A stretch of DNA of 36,854 bases, taken from assembly GCF_001194135.2 (NCBI RefSeq), contig NC_069006.1, forward strand, positions 292,679 to 329,532, written 5' to 3'. The notes under the pieces were generated by a model. The model made no database searches and was not told where the DNA came from. It saw only the letters and a list, made by a program, of their open reading frames with translations. A program made the translations under genes and the position numbers. The stretch is from Octopus bimaculoides (taxonomy: Eukaryota). Position 1 is the stretch's first letter; each line of letters begins with the position of its first letter. Positions 13,687 through 25,190 of this stretch are shown here, piece after piece.

Positions 13687-14150
13687 GTATATCCATGTAG
13701 ATATACACAGAAACTTATATGTACGTACACACGCATACACATATGTATATGTTTGAATATATATATATATTTGTGTATATATGTGTGTATATATTTATAT
13801 ATACAAGTGAGCACCTAGCTTCAAAACAAGGTGGGAAAATAGCACTCGAATACCAAAGGCAGAGTAAAGTATTATTTCACTAAAGTCGAAAAAAGGAAAT
13901 TTACCAACTGATACTCAGAGTTTATCGGACGGATGCGATAATACAGACTCTACTAATCTTCATTTGAATTATGTGAGCAACAATTTGTGAAGTTTTGTTT
14001 TTTTTCGGATTCAGTAAAACTATATAAATATATGCACATATATGTATATGTACACACACCCACCCACACGCACACATCATGTTGAACCGTTAATTCCTAC
14101 ACATTTTTCTATCTCCGACTTCTTCGTTCTCTCTCTATCTTTTTTCCTTT

Positions 14151-14286
14151 CTCAGTCCTTTCTGCTGAAGAGCGCAGATTCGAAAGGTCTAAGACTTTTC
14201 TATTCATCCTCAACGTTAAACTAATACACCTGCTTGTTGTTCCTTCACCCGTCTTTGTCTTTTGTTTTCTGTAAATTTGAACTATA
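14151..14286 (+). mobile_element. Dispersed ~135-bp repeat, putative Penelope-like pLTR fragment (copy 2)
   Basis: Near-identical to 4589-4724, with CTGAAGA at 14165-14171 and GAAA at 14182-14185. Confidence 0.55.
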
Positions 14287-14370
14287 TATANNNNNNNNNN
14301 NNNNNNNNNNNNNNNNNNNNNNNNNNNNNNNNNNNNNNNNNNNNNNNNNNNNNNNNNNNNNNNNNNNNNN

Positions 14371-14440
14371 TCCATAGCTCAGAGGTTGGAGCACCGGTCT
14401 TGTAAACGAGGGGTCGTGAGTTCAATTCTCACTGGGGGCT
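14371..14440 (+). tRNA. tRNA-Thr(TGT)-like gene, probably a pseudogene; first ~3 nt hidden in the gap
   Basis: D-stem GCTC/GAGC and T-stem GTGAG/CTCAC pair perfectly. Anticodon loop is CT-TGT-AA (anticodon 14401-14403) and visible TCCA pairs with TGGG. The anticodon stem CCGGT/ACGAG has two mismatches. Closely matches the canonical metazoan tRNA-Thr(UGU) pattern. Confidence 0.85.
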
Positions 14441-14451
14441 TCTTAAGGATG

Positions 14452-14456
14452 TTTTT
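14452..14456 (+). terminator. Possible Pol III terminator (T5)
   Basis: TTTTT lies 11 nt after the tRNA end, but it could instead belong to the adjacent retroposon tail. Confidence 0.4.
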
Positions 14457-14510
14457 AAAGGCGGTGCTCATGCATGGCCGCAGTCAAATGACTAAAACAA
14501 AACAAAAAGA
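14457..14510 (+). mobile_element. Isolated SINE B / RTE-type 3' tail
   Basis: AAAGGCGGTGCTCATGCATGGCCGCAGTCAAATGACTAAAACAA matches the tail of the 33722 copy. Confidence 0.8.
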
Positions 14511-14546
14511 TATATATACATAGATATATGTATGTATGTATGTATG

Positions 14547-14581
<35 letters not shown>

Positions 14582-14684
14582 CATACACATATAATAAACA
14601 TGTCTATACATTCTGAGTATTCCAAACGTATTCTAATGCATACATACATATATATATATACATACACACACACACATATATATG

Positions 14685-14745
<61 letters not shown>

Positions 14746-15141
14746 AATTCATAATTCCGTGTTTTAGTGTTGGTGATACAGTGACTTAGTGTAGGTATTG
14801 AAGCGGTTGTATATACAAAACATTATAATACTGTGGTGAAACATTGATAGCGAAATATTGGTGCACTACACATTAAAATAACAGTGTCAAATTCAATGCT
14901 TACACTAGACCTTAAAGTGCATTGTTACACAACTACATAAGCTGAGCGTTATAATACAGAAGAGCATAGACTGAACGTTATAATATCCAGGACACGGAGT
15001 TTTAGAACTTGGATTATTAAATAAGAAAAAATGTTTGATATTCCAGTGTTGCTGAATAGAAGACATCAAAGCAAAGAGTACTCGAGGCTTTGTTTGTACG
15101 AGCTACACACAGTCAATACTACACGGCTAATAATAATAATA

Positions 15142-15172
<31 letters not shown>

Positions 15173-15761
15173 TGCAAAAACACATACATGCAGTGTGTGT
15201 GTGTGTGTTATAAAATAGAATAATGTAGTAACGTAAATATGATTAGTCGGGGAANNNNNNNNNNNNNNNNNNNNNNNNNNNNNNNNNNNNNNNNNNNNNN
15301 NNNNNNNNNNNNNNNNNNNNNNNNNNNNNNNNNNNNNNNNNNNNNNNNNNNNNNNNNNNNNNNNNNNNNNNNNNNNNNNNNNNNNNNNNNNNNNNNNNNN
15401 NNNNNNNNNNNNNNNNNNNNNNNNNNNNNNNNNNNNNNNNNNNNNNCGTGCGTGTGTGTGTGCATATATGTGTAGGTAAATAAAAAAATATTGTTACAAA
15501 CATGTGTTTATATACATGTGAATTTACCAATCTATTTTTGCGTAGAATCGTGTTTGCAATAGCATCTTCATGCTTTTACAATGGTATGTATGTGTGCGCG
15601 CTTTTATGTGTGTGTGCATGTGTGTATACATACACATACATAACTATGTAGATATCATTGTTCTCGTATTATATATATATATATTGAATATTATCACTTA
15701 GATGTAGTACTTTTATATGTATACATGCATATTTATATATGTGTACACACACACAAATATT

Positions 15762-15830
<69 letters not shown>

Positions 15831-16271
15831 TATATACATATATATATATGTATATTACATATACATATAATATACACATAGACATATACATAAACATATG
15901 TGCACATACATATATTCTTGCACCCACACATCAATTACATATATCTGTATAAACACACACTCATACATATAAACATACATACAAACATATAAATACACAC
16001 ACACACAAATATATACATATGCACACACACACATAGGTGTACATAATACATCAGTGACAATGGTTTTTCATCTTTATAACACCATTAGTAAGAGAAAGAG
16101 ATTACTGTACACCATAAATATTCTCTCCACTGTTTTCGTCTTGACATTCATTCCGCCATTCCGCTATTCCGCCACGCAACATCGAACATGCCAACTCATA
16201 CATCACATGATAAAACTTTTCACTTTTGAAAATTTAATTTACCAATACACTTTATCATCTTCATACATACA

Positions 16272-16305
<34 letters not shown>

Positions 16306-16695
16306 NNNNNNNNNNNNNNNNNNNNNNNNNNNNNNNNNNNNNNNNNNNNNNNNNNNNNNNNNNNNNNNNNNNNNNNNNNNNNNNNNNNNNNNNNNNNNNN
16401 NNNNNNNNNNNNNNNNNNNNNNNNNNNNNNNNNNNNNNNNNNNNNNNNNNNNNNNNNNNNNNNNNNNNNNNNNNNNNNNNNNNNNNNNNNNNNNNNNNNN
16501 NNNNNNNNNNNNNNNNNNNNNNNNNNNNNNNNNNNNNNNNNNNNNNNNNNNNNNNNNNNNNNNNNNNNNNNNNNNNNNNNNNNNNNNNNNNNNNNNNNNN
16601 NNNNNNNNNNNNNNNNNNNNNNNNNNNNNNNNNNNNNNNNNNNNNNNNNNNNNNNNNNNNNNNNNNNNNNNNNNNNNNNNNNNNNTATATGTATA

Positions 16696-16726
<31 letters not shown>

Positions 16727-17461
16727 TACATATATATATATTATATATATATTATATTATATATTATATATATTATATATCTATATTACATTATATATAT
16801 ATTATACATATAATATGTATATAATATATATTTATAATATATATAATATACATACATAATATACATACATAATATACATACGTATAATATATATATAATA
16901 TACATACATAATATACATGTACATTATATATATATATATATACACATATATATATATATATATATATAATATATATAATATATATATAATATGCATACAT
17001 AATATCCATATATATATATATACTATTCCATATCTTGCTCTTTTTGTGTACGCTGATATCGTACGAAGATATACGAACAAAGACATACTCTCTCATACAC
17101 ACACATGCATACATACACAAAGATAATTGTGCATACAGTGGTACGTACACCAACATATAGATACACACACACACACACACACAAACTAAAATTAGGGTAC
17201 TACCAATCATACTTGTCCAGTCATCTGTACCGTATCATCAAATATGGCGCGACAACTACGAATGAACAAATGGGTTTCTAAAATATTGCCTGCTTTTCTT
17301 CATGAAACTCAAGTCTTACTTATGAACAGTTGGTTTGCATGCGTGTGTGTGTACGTATTTAGGTATATCTGTGCGTATATATGTATGAATATATGGAAAT
17401 ATCTATATACATATGTAAGTCTATAGACTTTTCAGCCGACCCTCTCTCTCTCTCTCTCTCA

Positions 17462-17501
<40 letters not shown>

Positions 17502-18033
17502 CACTTGTTAAGGTTATCTCTATAGGTATTCTTTTGACTTATAAAAACGTTTCATATACTTTATATATTATGGTTGCATAACGAAATACCATGTTCCTAC
17601 AAGTCTATGTATGTATGTATGTATTTATGTGTGCGTGTTTGTTTCTGTGTATGTGTGTGTGTATGTATGCATGTATACAAGTGAAAAATCACACGAACTA
17701 CAGCAGTGAAATTTGAAGCAAAAAGGAACAAAAGAAAATGTAGGTGAAGCGAAAGCATATGCCTGAATGACGTAGAAATATAAAGCGAAAAATATAACAA
17801 ACAAAGAAGTGAACAATGAAGCCTAAAATGCCATAGCAAAAGAGAATTTGACGTTTCAGGTAATTACCCTTTGTCCAAAAGAAGAAAAAAAATAAAGAAA
17901 AGAAATGAGAGGCAAGGAAAAGAAAAATGTACGATAACCCCCTAAAAAGACTTCTGCTCACCTGACAGGCCTCTGGCCTCCCTGTCTGTCTGCTTGTCAA
18001 TCTCTCTCTCTCTCTCACACACACACATATATA

Positions 18034-18223
18034 CCTTTCTATTATAAGTACAAGACCTGAAATTTCGGGGGAGGGTGCCAGTCAATCAGATCGACCCTAG
18101 TGCGCGACTGGTACTTAATTTATCGACCCCGAAAGGATGAAAGGCAAAGTCGACCTCGGTGGAATTTGAACTCAGAACGTAGCGGCAGACGAAATACTAA
18201 CGATTCTGCCAGCTCACCGCCTT
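18034..18223 (-). mobile_element. SINE family A with an internal head deletion
   Basis: Central domain is nearly identical to the 10415 copy; about 20-25 nt are missing between GAAATAC and TAACGATTCTGCC. Confidence 0.85.
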
Positions 18224-18285
18224 ACTTACACAAATACACACACACACACANNNNNNNNNNNNNNNNNNNNNNNNNNNNNNNNNNN

Positions 18286-18321
<36 letters not shown>

Positions 18322-18499
18322 CCATAGGTTTACTGTTTTATGTAACAATGGATTTGCATAAAATCTTAGAAATGCTGCGGTTTTCCAAGAAAGAACAAAG
18401 TGGATTTGCATGTTCGCATATATACACACATACACACAAACACTCGATTCTATACTAAGACACACTCTCACATACTTATACACACATGGACACAAACAT

Positions 18500-18748
18500 A
18501 AATGCATACATACAGACACATACTCACATACATACACAAGCTTACAAAGTCAGTGAGAAACATTGGCACACACATATACACATACCAACGCACACATTTA
18601 GAGATACACACACGTACATGCTTACAAAAACACGCTCATATACATAGTCATATTACTCACATTAATACATACATACACAAGCACACTGGCACTCAATTAT
18701 ATAGAAAGAGACACATACAGATGCTTACATACATAAATACCAACACAT

Positions 18749-18788
<40 letters not shown>

Positions 18789-19120
18789 GCTTATATACAA
18801 TGGCACAGAGATACACATATATAGACAAACACAGACACGCTTATATACACATATATAGATACACAAGCTTACAAACACGCTTATATATACAGTAACATAT
18901 TCGCACAAATACACAAGCATATACATTTACATACATAAATACCAACACATATACACACACACATACACACACACAAACACGCTTATATGCAATGGCACAG
19001 ACGTACACACACAAGTTTACACTCACACAATCATACACATAGATACACACGCAGACATACATACATATACAAGCTTACAAACACACGCTTATATATATAC
19101 CAACACACACACACACACAC
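18500..19120. repeat. Cryptic ~200-bp degenerate tandem repeat in a CA/TA background
   Basis: TTACATACATAAATACCAACACA at 18725 and 18927; CAATGGCACAGA at 18798 and 18990; ACAAGCTTACAAA at 18536, 18863 and 19069. Confidence 0.7.
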
Positions 19121-20440
19121 ACGAAAAGACACGATACGTACGACGTGCAAATCCCACCAAATATAGCCACAAACTAATCTCAGATATCTGGTTGTGGAGT
19201 ATCAACCGAAGTGTCGAAAAATCCGTTAATTAATTATGCTTTATTCCGTTCCTACACACCATTTACGGCTCCATTATCTGACCTTTCAACACGTGACACA
19301 CCAGTAATTACAGAGGGGTTCTAAATATATCACTGCAGCTATGTAACCTCAATTTACAGTTCAGTAAAGAGAGATTCTTGTTGACACAATCATCATTCAA
19401 TATGGCGGTTTTCTGCGTTGACTCACCGACGACTACAGTGGAATGATGGGATAGTTGCAACTGTGTCCTGCTCAGTTGATGTAGCTTTCGACTTGACGGG
19501 TCTGTAATTAGTATGTTGGAGCTATGTGTGTGTGTATATATATGTATGTATTATGTATGAGTGTCAATATGTATGTGTGTGTGTATGCATGTGAGTGTCA
19601 GTATGTGTGTGTCTGTCTCTGTCTCTGAGCGCGTGTGTGTACGAGTGTTTGTGCATGTGTGTATGAACGTGTGTATGTGTTTGTATCTGAATGTGACAGT
19701 ATGCGCGTGAATATATATATATATANNNNNNNNNNNNNNNNNNNNNNNNNNNNNNNNNNNNNNNNNNNNNNNNNNNNNNNNNNNNNNNNNNNNNNNNNNN
19801 NNNNNNNNNNNNNNNNNNNNNNNNNNNNNNNNNNNNNNNNNNNNNNNNNNNNNNNNNNNNNNNNNNNNNNNNNNNNNNNNNNNNNNNNNNNNNNNNNNNN
19901 NNNNNNNNNNNNNNNNNNNNNNNNNNNNNNNNNNNNNNNNNNNNNNNNNNNNNNNNNNNNTATATATCATACATATACACACGCATGTATATGCAAATGT
20001 ATATATATAACACTTCGAGTATATGTGTGACACTGAATGTATGTGTGCGTGCATACACAAATATACACATCCGTATATAATATACATATATATGATACAT
20101 ATATATGTATGTGCTTACGTATGTATGTGTGAATGGATGTTTGAATGGGATTATGCCTATGATGTTATGTGTAATTTGGTGTTTATATATACATGCATAT
20201 ATGTGTATGCACGTGTGTTCTCACTTTTGTATATATAAATATATGGTTTATACGTAAGGTACAATGCACGTAACTATGGAAATTGGTTGTAGGGAGCAAA
20301 TTTGTATCTGTCTGTCTGTCTATCCATCTCTATACATACAAACACACACACATACACGCGCAAAGATCAGTTTTCCATATACATTATACATACATGTATT
20401 ATTTACTAACTCTTTACAGAGAGCTGGCTGTCAGTGACTT

Positions 20441-20588
20441 GAAAGTTTCGGCTGGGTCACCTTCGTTAGACAATCTGATGACGCAGGCGAGTAACCCGAA
20501 ACTTCGAAATCCCTGTTAATCTAATCCCTGTTAATCTAATCCCTGTTAATCTAATCCCTGTAAAATTTTAATAAATGCGTACTCTCTT
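20441..20588. mobile_element. Putative Penelope-like inverted pLTR junction with hammerhead-like cores
   Basis: Plus strand: CTGATGA (20475-81), 16 nt, GAAAC (20498-502). Minus strand from 20469: CTAACGA-AGGTGACCCAGCC-GAAAC. Followed by a 15-bp triplication and AATAAA. Confidence 0.45.
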
Positions 20589-20702
20589 AAAACGCTTTTA
20601 TATACAGCAACATACTCACATACATACACACACGCACACAAGCACATTTAGATACATAAATACCAACACACACACACACACACATTATATTATATCATAC
20701 GT

Positions 20703-20777
20703 AGGCGCAAGCGTGGCTGTGTGGTAAAGAAACTCGCTTTGCAAACGAGTGGTATCGGGTTCAGTCCCACTAGCTCA

Positions 20778-20816
<39 letters not shown>

Positions 20817-21060
20817 GCGGCCTTTTAAAGCCTAACCAGGCTCATGGGCCCAGTTCCCCGGTTCCAATGGCGTATGTGTTCCCCAGCTGGACGGGACGCC
20901 AGTCCATCGCAGAGTTACTCATTTTTGCCAGCTGAGTGGACTGGAACAACGTGAAATGAAGTGTTTTGCTCAAGAACACAACGCGTCGCCCGGTCTAGGA
21001 ATCGAAACCACAATCTTACGATCATGATGCCGACATCCTAATCACTAAGCTACGCGCCTC

Positions 21061-21091
<31 letters not shown>

Positions 21092-21307
21092 GTGTGTGTG
21101 TTTGTCTTTGTGCTACGTCTGTCTTCCCTCTGCTCGACAATCAGTGTTGGTTTGTGTATGTCCGTGTAACCAAGCGGTTCGGCAAAAGAAGACGATAGAA
21201 TAAGTACCAAACTTTAAAAATAAGTACAGGAGTGGATTCGTTTTGCCCCCCCCCCCTGCCAGGGTGGTGCCCCAGCATGGCTGCAGTCCATTGAAACAAG
21301 TAAAAAG
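20703..21307 (+). mobile_element. SINE family B interrupted by a family C copy
   Basis: Head at 20703-20771; middle domain and tail GGTGGTGCCCCAGCATGGCTGCAGTC at 21091-21307; the CORE segment is missing. Confidence 0.75.
20818..21063 (-). mobile_element. SINE family C, well-preserved full length
   Basis: The reverse complement has GGAGGCGCGTAGCTTAGTG (A-box), GGTTTCGATTCC (B-box), CCAGTCCACTCAGCTGGCAAAAATGAGTAAC and GGACTGGCGTCCCGTCCAG. Confidence 0.9.
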
Positions 21308-21506
21308 GCACACACACACGCACGCGTGCGTGGAACATTCGAATTCACTGTCAACCTTTTTCTTGTAAAATGATAATAAACAAATACGCTAGAAAAAATA
21401 TTGAGGAAGTTTTCAGTTTTATGTTGAAATGTTTTATTATAGCTTGACATACAAACCCACACATTAACCTATATATAGTCTGTTGTTGTTTTTTCGTACA
21501 TTCTCC

Positions 21507-21539
<33 letters not shown>

Positions 21540-21977
21540 GTGTGTGTGTGTATGTGTATGACAGACAGATCTTGTTGATAAATTGTGTAAACCAGTTACG
21601 AAACTAAAAATTATCCTGTCTACTGTTAAGTATCCACTTGACCTTTTTAGTGAATTGGTGGTGACCTTTCCGTTCCTCTATTTATTTCCTTCTTTCTTTC
21701 TTTCGTTATTTATTTATTTATCTGGCTTTGGTCTTCCACACAGAACATTTCAAACACTGCGCAATATTCTGTCGAATTAAACAACAATTTCCACGCCCAC
21801 AACATCGACACCACATTAGGAACAGTAAAAGAAAACAACAAACCCCGATGAGTGACCCTGTTGGTTAGAAATGGCGACGCAGCGTCTCACTCAATGCCTT
21901 TCGGTATTTACTTTTCTCTCTCTCGTTGCCTTCTTTTCTGAGATTAAATCCTTTAAATTCGTAATATCTTTTTAGCA

Positions 21978-22024
21978 TTTACTTGTTTTAGTAACTGGAT
22001 TGTTGCGGCCAGGCTGGGGCACCC
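21978..22024 (-). mobile_element. SINE B / RTE-type 3' tail fragment
   Basis: The reverse complement GGGTGCCCCAGCCTGGCCGCAAC...TAAAACAAGTAAA resembles the B tail. Confidence 0.6.
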
Positions 22025-22159
22025 GTGTTTCATATGACCTTTGCGGTTTCATATAAGATTTTGTCGTTAAAATTTATGTGTAATAAATTGGTTTATTCTT
22101 CTACGATACATAAAATATTTTAACACTAATTTTATGCAGTTTCTAATAACATTTAATTC

Positions 22160-22300
22160 ACTTCACCTCGTGCTCTTGCTTGATGGTGCTGGGGTCATTC
22201 CCAGAGCCGTCATCATGCGTAGAGCCGACCAGGTCCACCAGGGCTCTCCAACGCTAGTGGTCCCGTGCCAGTTTCACTGCACCCTCCATCACGTCCAGCA
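22160..22300 (-). mobile_element. 3' fragment of an RTE-like LINE ORF2
   Basis: Translates as LDVMEGAVKLARDH*RWRALVDLVGST, resembling the C-terminal A.DR..WR.LV motif of RTE-type LINE proteins. Confidence 0.55.
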
Positions 22301-24995
22301 CAACTAGACACAGGGAGTGATATCTCAATAATAAATACTGAAACTTGGAAGACCTACATTTAAGAAAACACAGCAAATAGCTCGTGCTGTCTCTGGACAG
22401 CAAGTTCGATTCCTGGGCGAATTGACGCCAGATGCAACATTTCATGGGAAGACGTTCAAAGCAAAGGTGTACATATCAGAAAATAGCATAAATCTGTTTG
22501 GTACAGATTGGATGGAGACATTTAATTTGTGGGATTCGTCTATAAGTATTTTCTGTAATAACGTGAATGCATCGCACGCCAGTTCGAACAAGGCATCTGA
22601 GAAGTTAAAAATGAAATTGAAAAAAAATATATCCTGATGTTTTTTAGGAAGAACTTGGTACATGTACGAAAATAAAAGTGAAATTCCAACTAAAAGAAAA
22701 TGTCGTTCCGGTTTTTAAACGAATGACGGCTGTGCCTTTTGCGACACTGAATCAAGAAGAAAAAGAATTGAAAACTTGAGAATATTGGTGTAATACAAAA
22801 ATTAGACTGTTCGGAAGGGGCAGCGCCATCTGTGTACATAAAAAAGAAAACTAAACAAAATAAGGGTCTGCGCCGATTTTTCGACGGGATTTAATGTCTG
22901 AAAACTTATAAGTATCCATTACCAAGTCCAGAGGAGATTTTTGCCAAGCTTAATGGCGGCAAACTTTTTTCTAAATTGGATTTAACGGAAGCTTAATTAC
23001 AGCTGTAGGTAGACGAAGAATGTCGCAAGCTGTTAACGATAAAAACGCACAAAGGGTTAAACAGGTTTAACCGACTTCCTTTCGGAATAAAAGTTGCACC
23101 TGCAATTTTTCAACAGGCTGTGGATACAATGTTAGTGGACTGTGAATTCACAATTCCATACCTGGATGATATCTTAATTAAAAGTGAATCTCGTGATCAG
23201 CATGTGGAGCACGTAAAGTGTGTTTTAAAAAAAATAAGAGATTTCACACTGAGTGAGAAAAAATGTGAACTTTTCTTACCTGAAATTAAGTGTTAACGAC
23301 AAATTATCGACAGGAATGGACGACGACCGAACCCGTCGAGGGCAGACGCAATTAAGGATATGCCTCCTCCGGCTAACATAACCATACAAACTTTTCAAGG
23401 TCTTGCGAATTATTATCAAATGTATATTCCAAGAATGCACGAGCTAAGAGCACCTTTAAACAAACTGCTGAAAAAAGATGTGAAATGGTGTTGGACTGAC
23501 GAATGCCAAAAAACATTCGAAGAGATTAAAAAGGTGTTAACGTCAGATCTATGTCTAGCATATTTTGATCTGAAACTAAAAAATAATTGTAGCATGAGAT
23601 GCTAGCGAATCTGGGATCAGAGCAGTAATCTTAGATAAGTTGGAAAATGGTAACGTAAAACCGATCACACATGTGTCACATGTATTACTATCGGCGGAAA
23701 AAAATTACAGCCACATAAAGGAAGAGGCAGTAGCCATTATGTTTGCAGTGAAGAAATTTCATAAATTCTTGCACGGCAGAAAGTTTACCTTGCAGACAGA
23801 TCAGTGTCTGCTATTAACAATATATGATTAAAAAAAAGAAGGTGTCCCACACATATAGCGCTGGGGGACTACCTTATTAAATTACGATTTCAAAATGGAA
23901 TTTTTGCCTTCGAAGAAATTGGGACGGGCTGCCGAGATTGATCTCGAAGCATAAGGAATCGCTAGAAGGTACAGTAATAGCAGCGTTAAAATCAGAAGTT
24001 GAATTTTAAAATATTTTTCGCAATGTAGTGCGGGAACTACCAATCACATTGGAAGAGATAAAAAATAAAGCAGAAAAAGATGCATTTATAAATAAAATGA
24101 AAAAAAAAAATAATGAATGAGACAAGTAAAAAAAATTATGTCGCTGAGCGTGACGCAGGTTCGAAATACGATGTGTGACAATGTGTTGATGTACGCTCAG
24201 AAAAACAACGACGAAAACAACTATTGAATTTTGGGATGAAATATGTGCCCGTTTTAGTGTGGCGGACACTAAAGTGTCGGATAATGGCACGCAATTTACA
24301 GCAAATGAGTTCAAGTATTTTTGTAAGATGAACCATATGGAACATGTTACTACCCCGCCATATCATCCGAGGTCAAATGGACTTGCAGAGAGGTTCGTAG
24401 ATACGTTTAAAAGAACGTTGAGGAAAACCAGAAACGAATCATTAGTGGATAATATACCCTGACAAAATTTTTACGCGTCTATAGAATAACGTCAAACGCC
24501 AACACAGAGTCGGGTATGTCACCCGCTGAATTAATGTTCGCCAGAAAGGTACGATCAGTATTTGATAAATTGTTACCAGGAGGGAAACAACAAATACTTG
24601 AAGAGTACTGTTAATAATACGAACTGTTTCAATATGGTGACGCAGTATTTTCAAAAATGTACAAATATGGAAGACAAAGTTAGGAACAAGAACGAATAAG
24701 CAAACGTCTTGGTAGAGTGATATATATGGTGAAAGGGCAGACATGTGAGCATAAGAGACATGTAAACCAAAAGAAAAAGAGATAAACAGAAGGACGAAAA
24801 AGGTAAGAAGAGCCTATGGAAATACTTTATGCCATATTTGATACTCCGGTGCCGCAGGAAAGGGTTGAACCAGTGCGCAAGAAAGAAAAAGCGGACGGAA
24901 ATGTTAGAGATTGATTCTAAACGAAAAAAATATGCCAATTTCTCCCCAAGTAAGTAAAAAAAGAAATAGGGAAAGCCAATCTCAAAGGGGAGAGG
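22301..24995 (+). mobile_element. pol: Decayed Ty3/Gypsy LTR retrotransposon pol (PR-RT-RNase H-IN) with many stops and frameshifts
   Basis: Protease LDTGSDISII (from 22304); RT RVCADF, YPLPSPEEIF, FSKLDL, RLPFGIKVAPAIFQ and YLDD (23159-23170); RNase H DAS (23598-23606) and EKNYSHIKEEAVA; integrase SDNGTQF (24277) and YHPRSNGLAER (24361-24393). The RT-RH-IN order is Gypsy type. Confidence 0.95.
24984..24995 (+). other. Polypurine tract of the Gypsy element
   Basis: AAAGGGGAGAGG immediately precedes TGTTG at the LTR start. Confidence 0.85.
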
Positions 24996-25189
24996 TGTTG
25001 TATGGGTAATCTGGACACCTCCATGATTTACTAAGTTAGTATAAATGAACATGCGCAGAACAGTCTGAGAAGAGTGTCATATTCGCAGTCATAGTGTAGA
25101 GGTCTTAGGAATAATTGAATAGTGATATCGTGGAGTACTTGTTGACGGAAAGTAATAAGAAAACATCAGGAACGTTTGATATTATAACA
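24996..25189 (+). mobile_element. LTR, 194 bp
   Basis: Starts TGTTGTA directly after the PPT and ends TATAACA (6/7 inverted termini, TG...CA). Confidence 0.8.
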
Positions 25190-25190
25190 G

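Noticed and set aside
13825-13880. Possible retroelement terminal fragment
   Set aside because: It only resembles a recalled octopus repeat; there is no second copy or diagnostic motif in the window.
16150-16173. Triple 8-mer ATTCCGCC/ATTCCGCT/ATTCCGCC
   Set aside because: A short slippage product with no further structure.
21872-21879. TGGCGACG as the PBS of the Gypsy 5' end
   Set aside because: It is not preceded by the 24996 LTR sequence or a CA end, and no gag follows.
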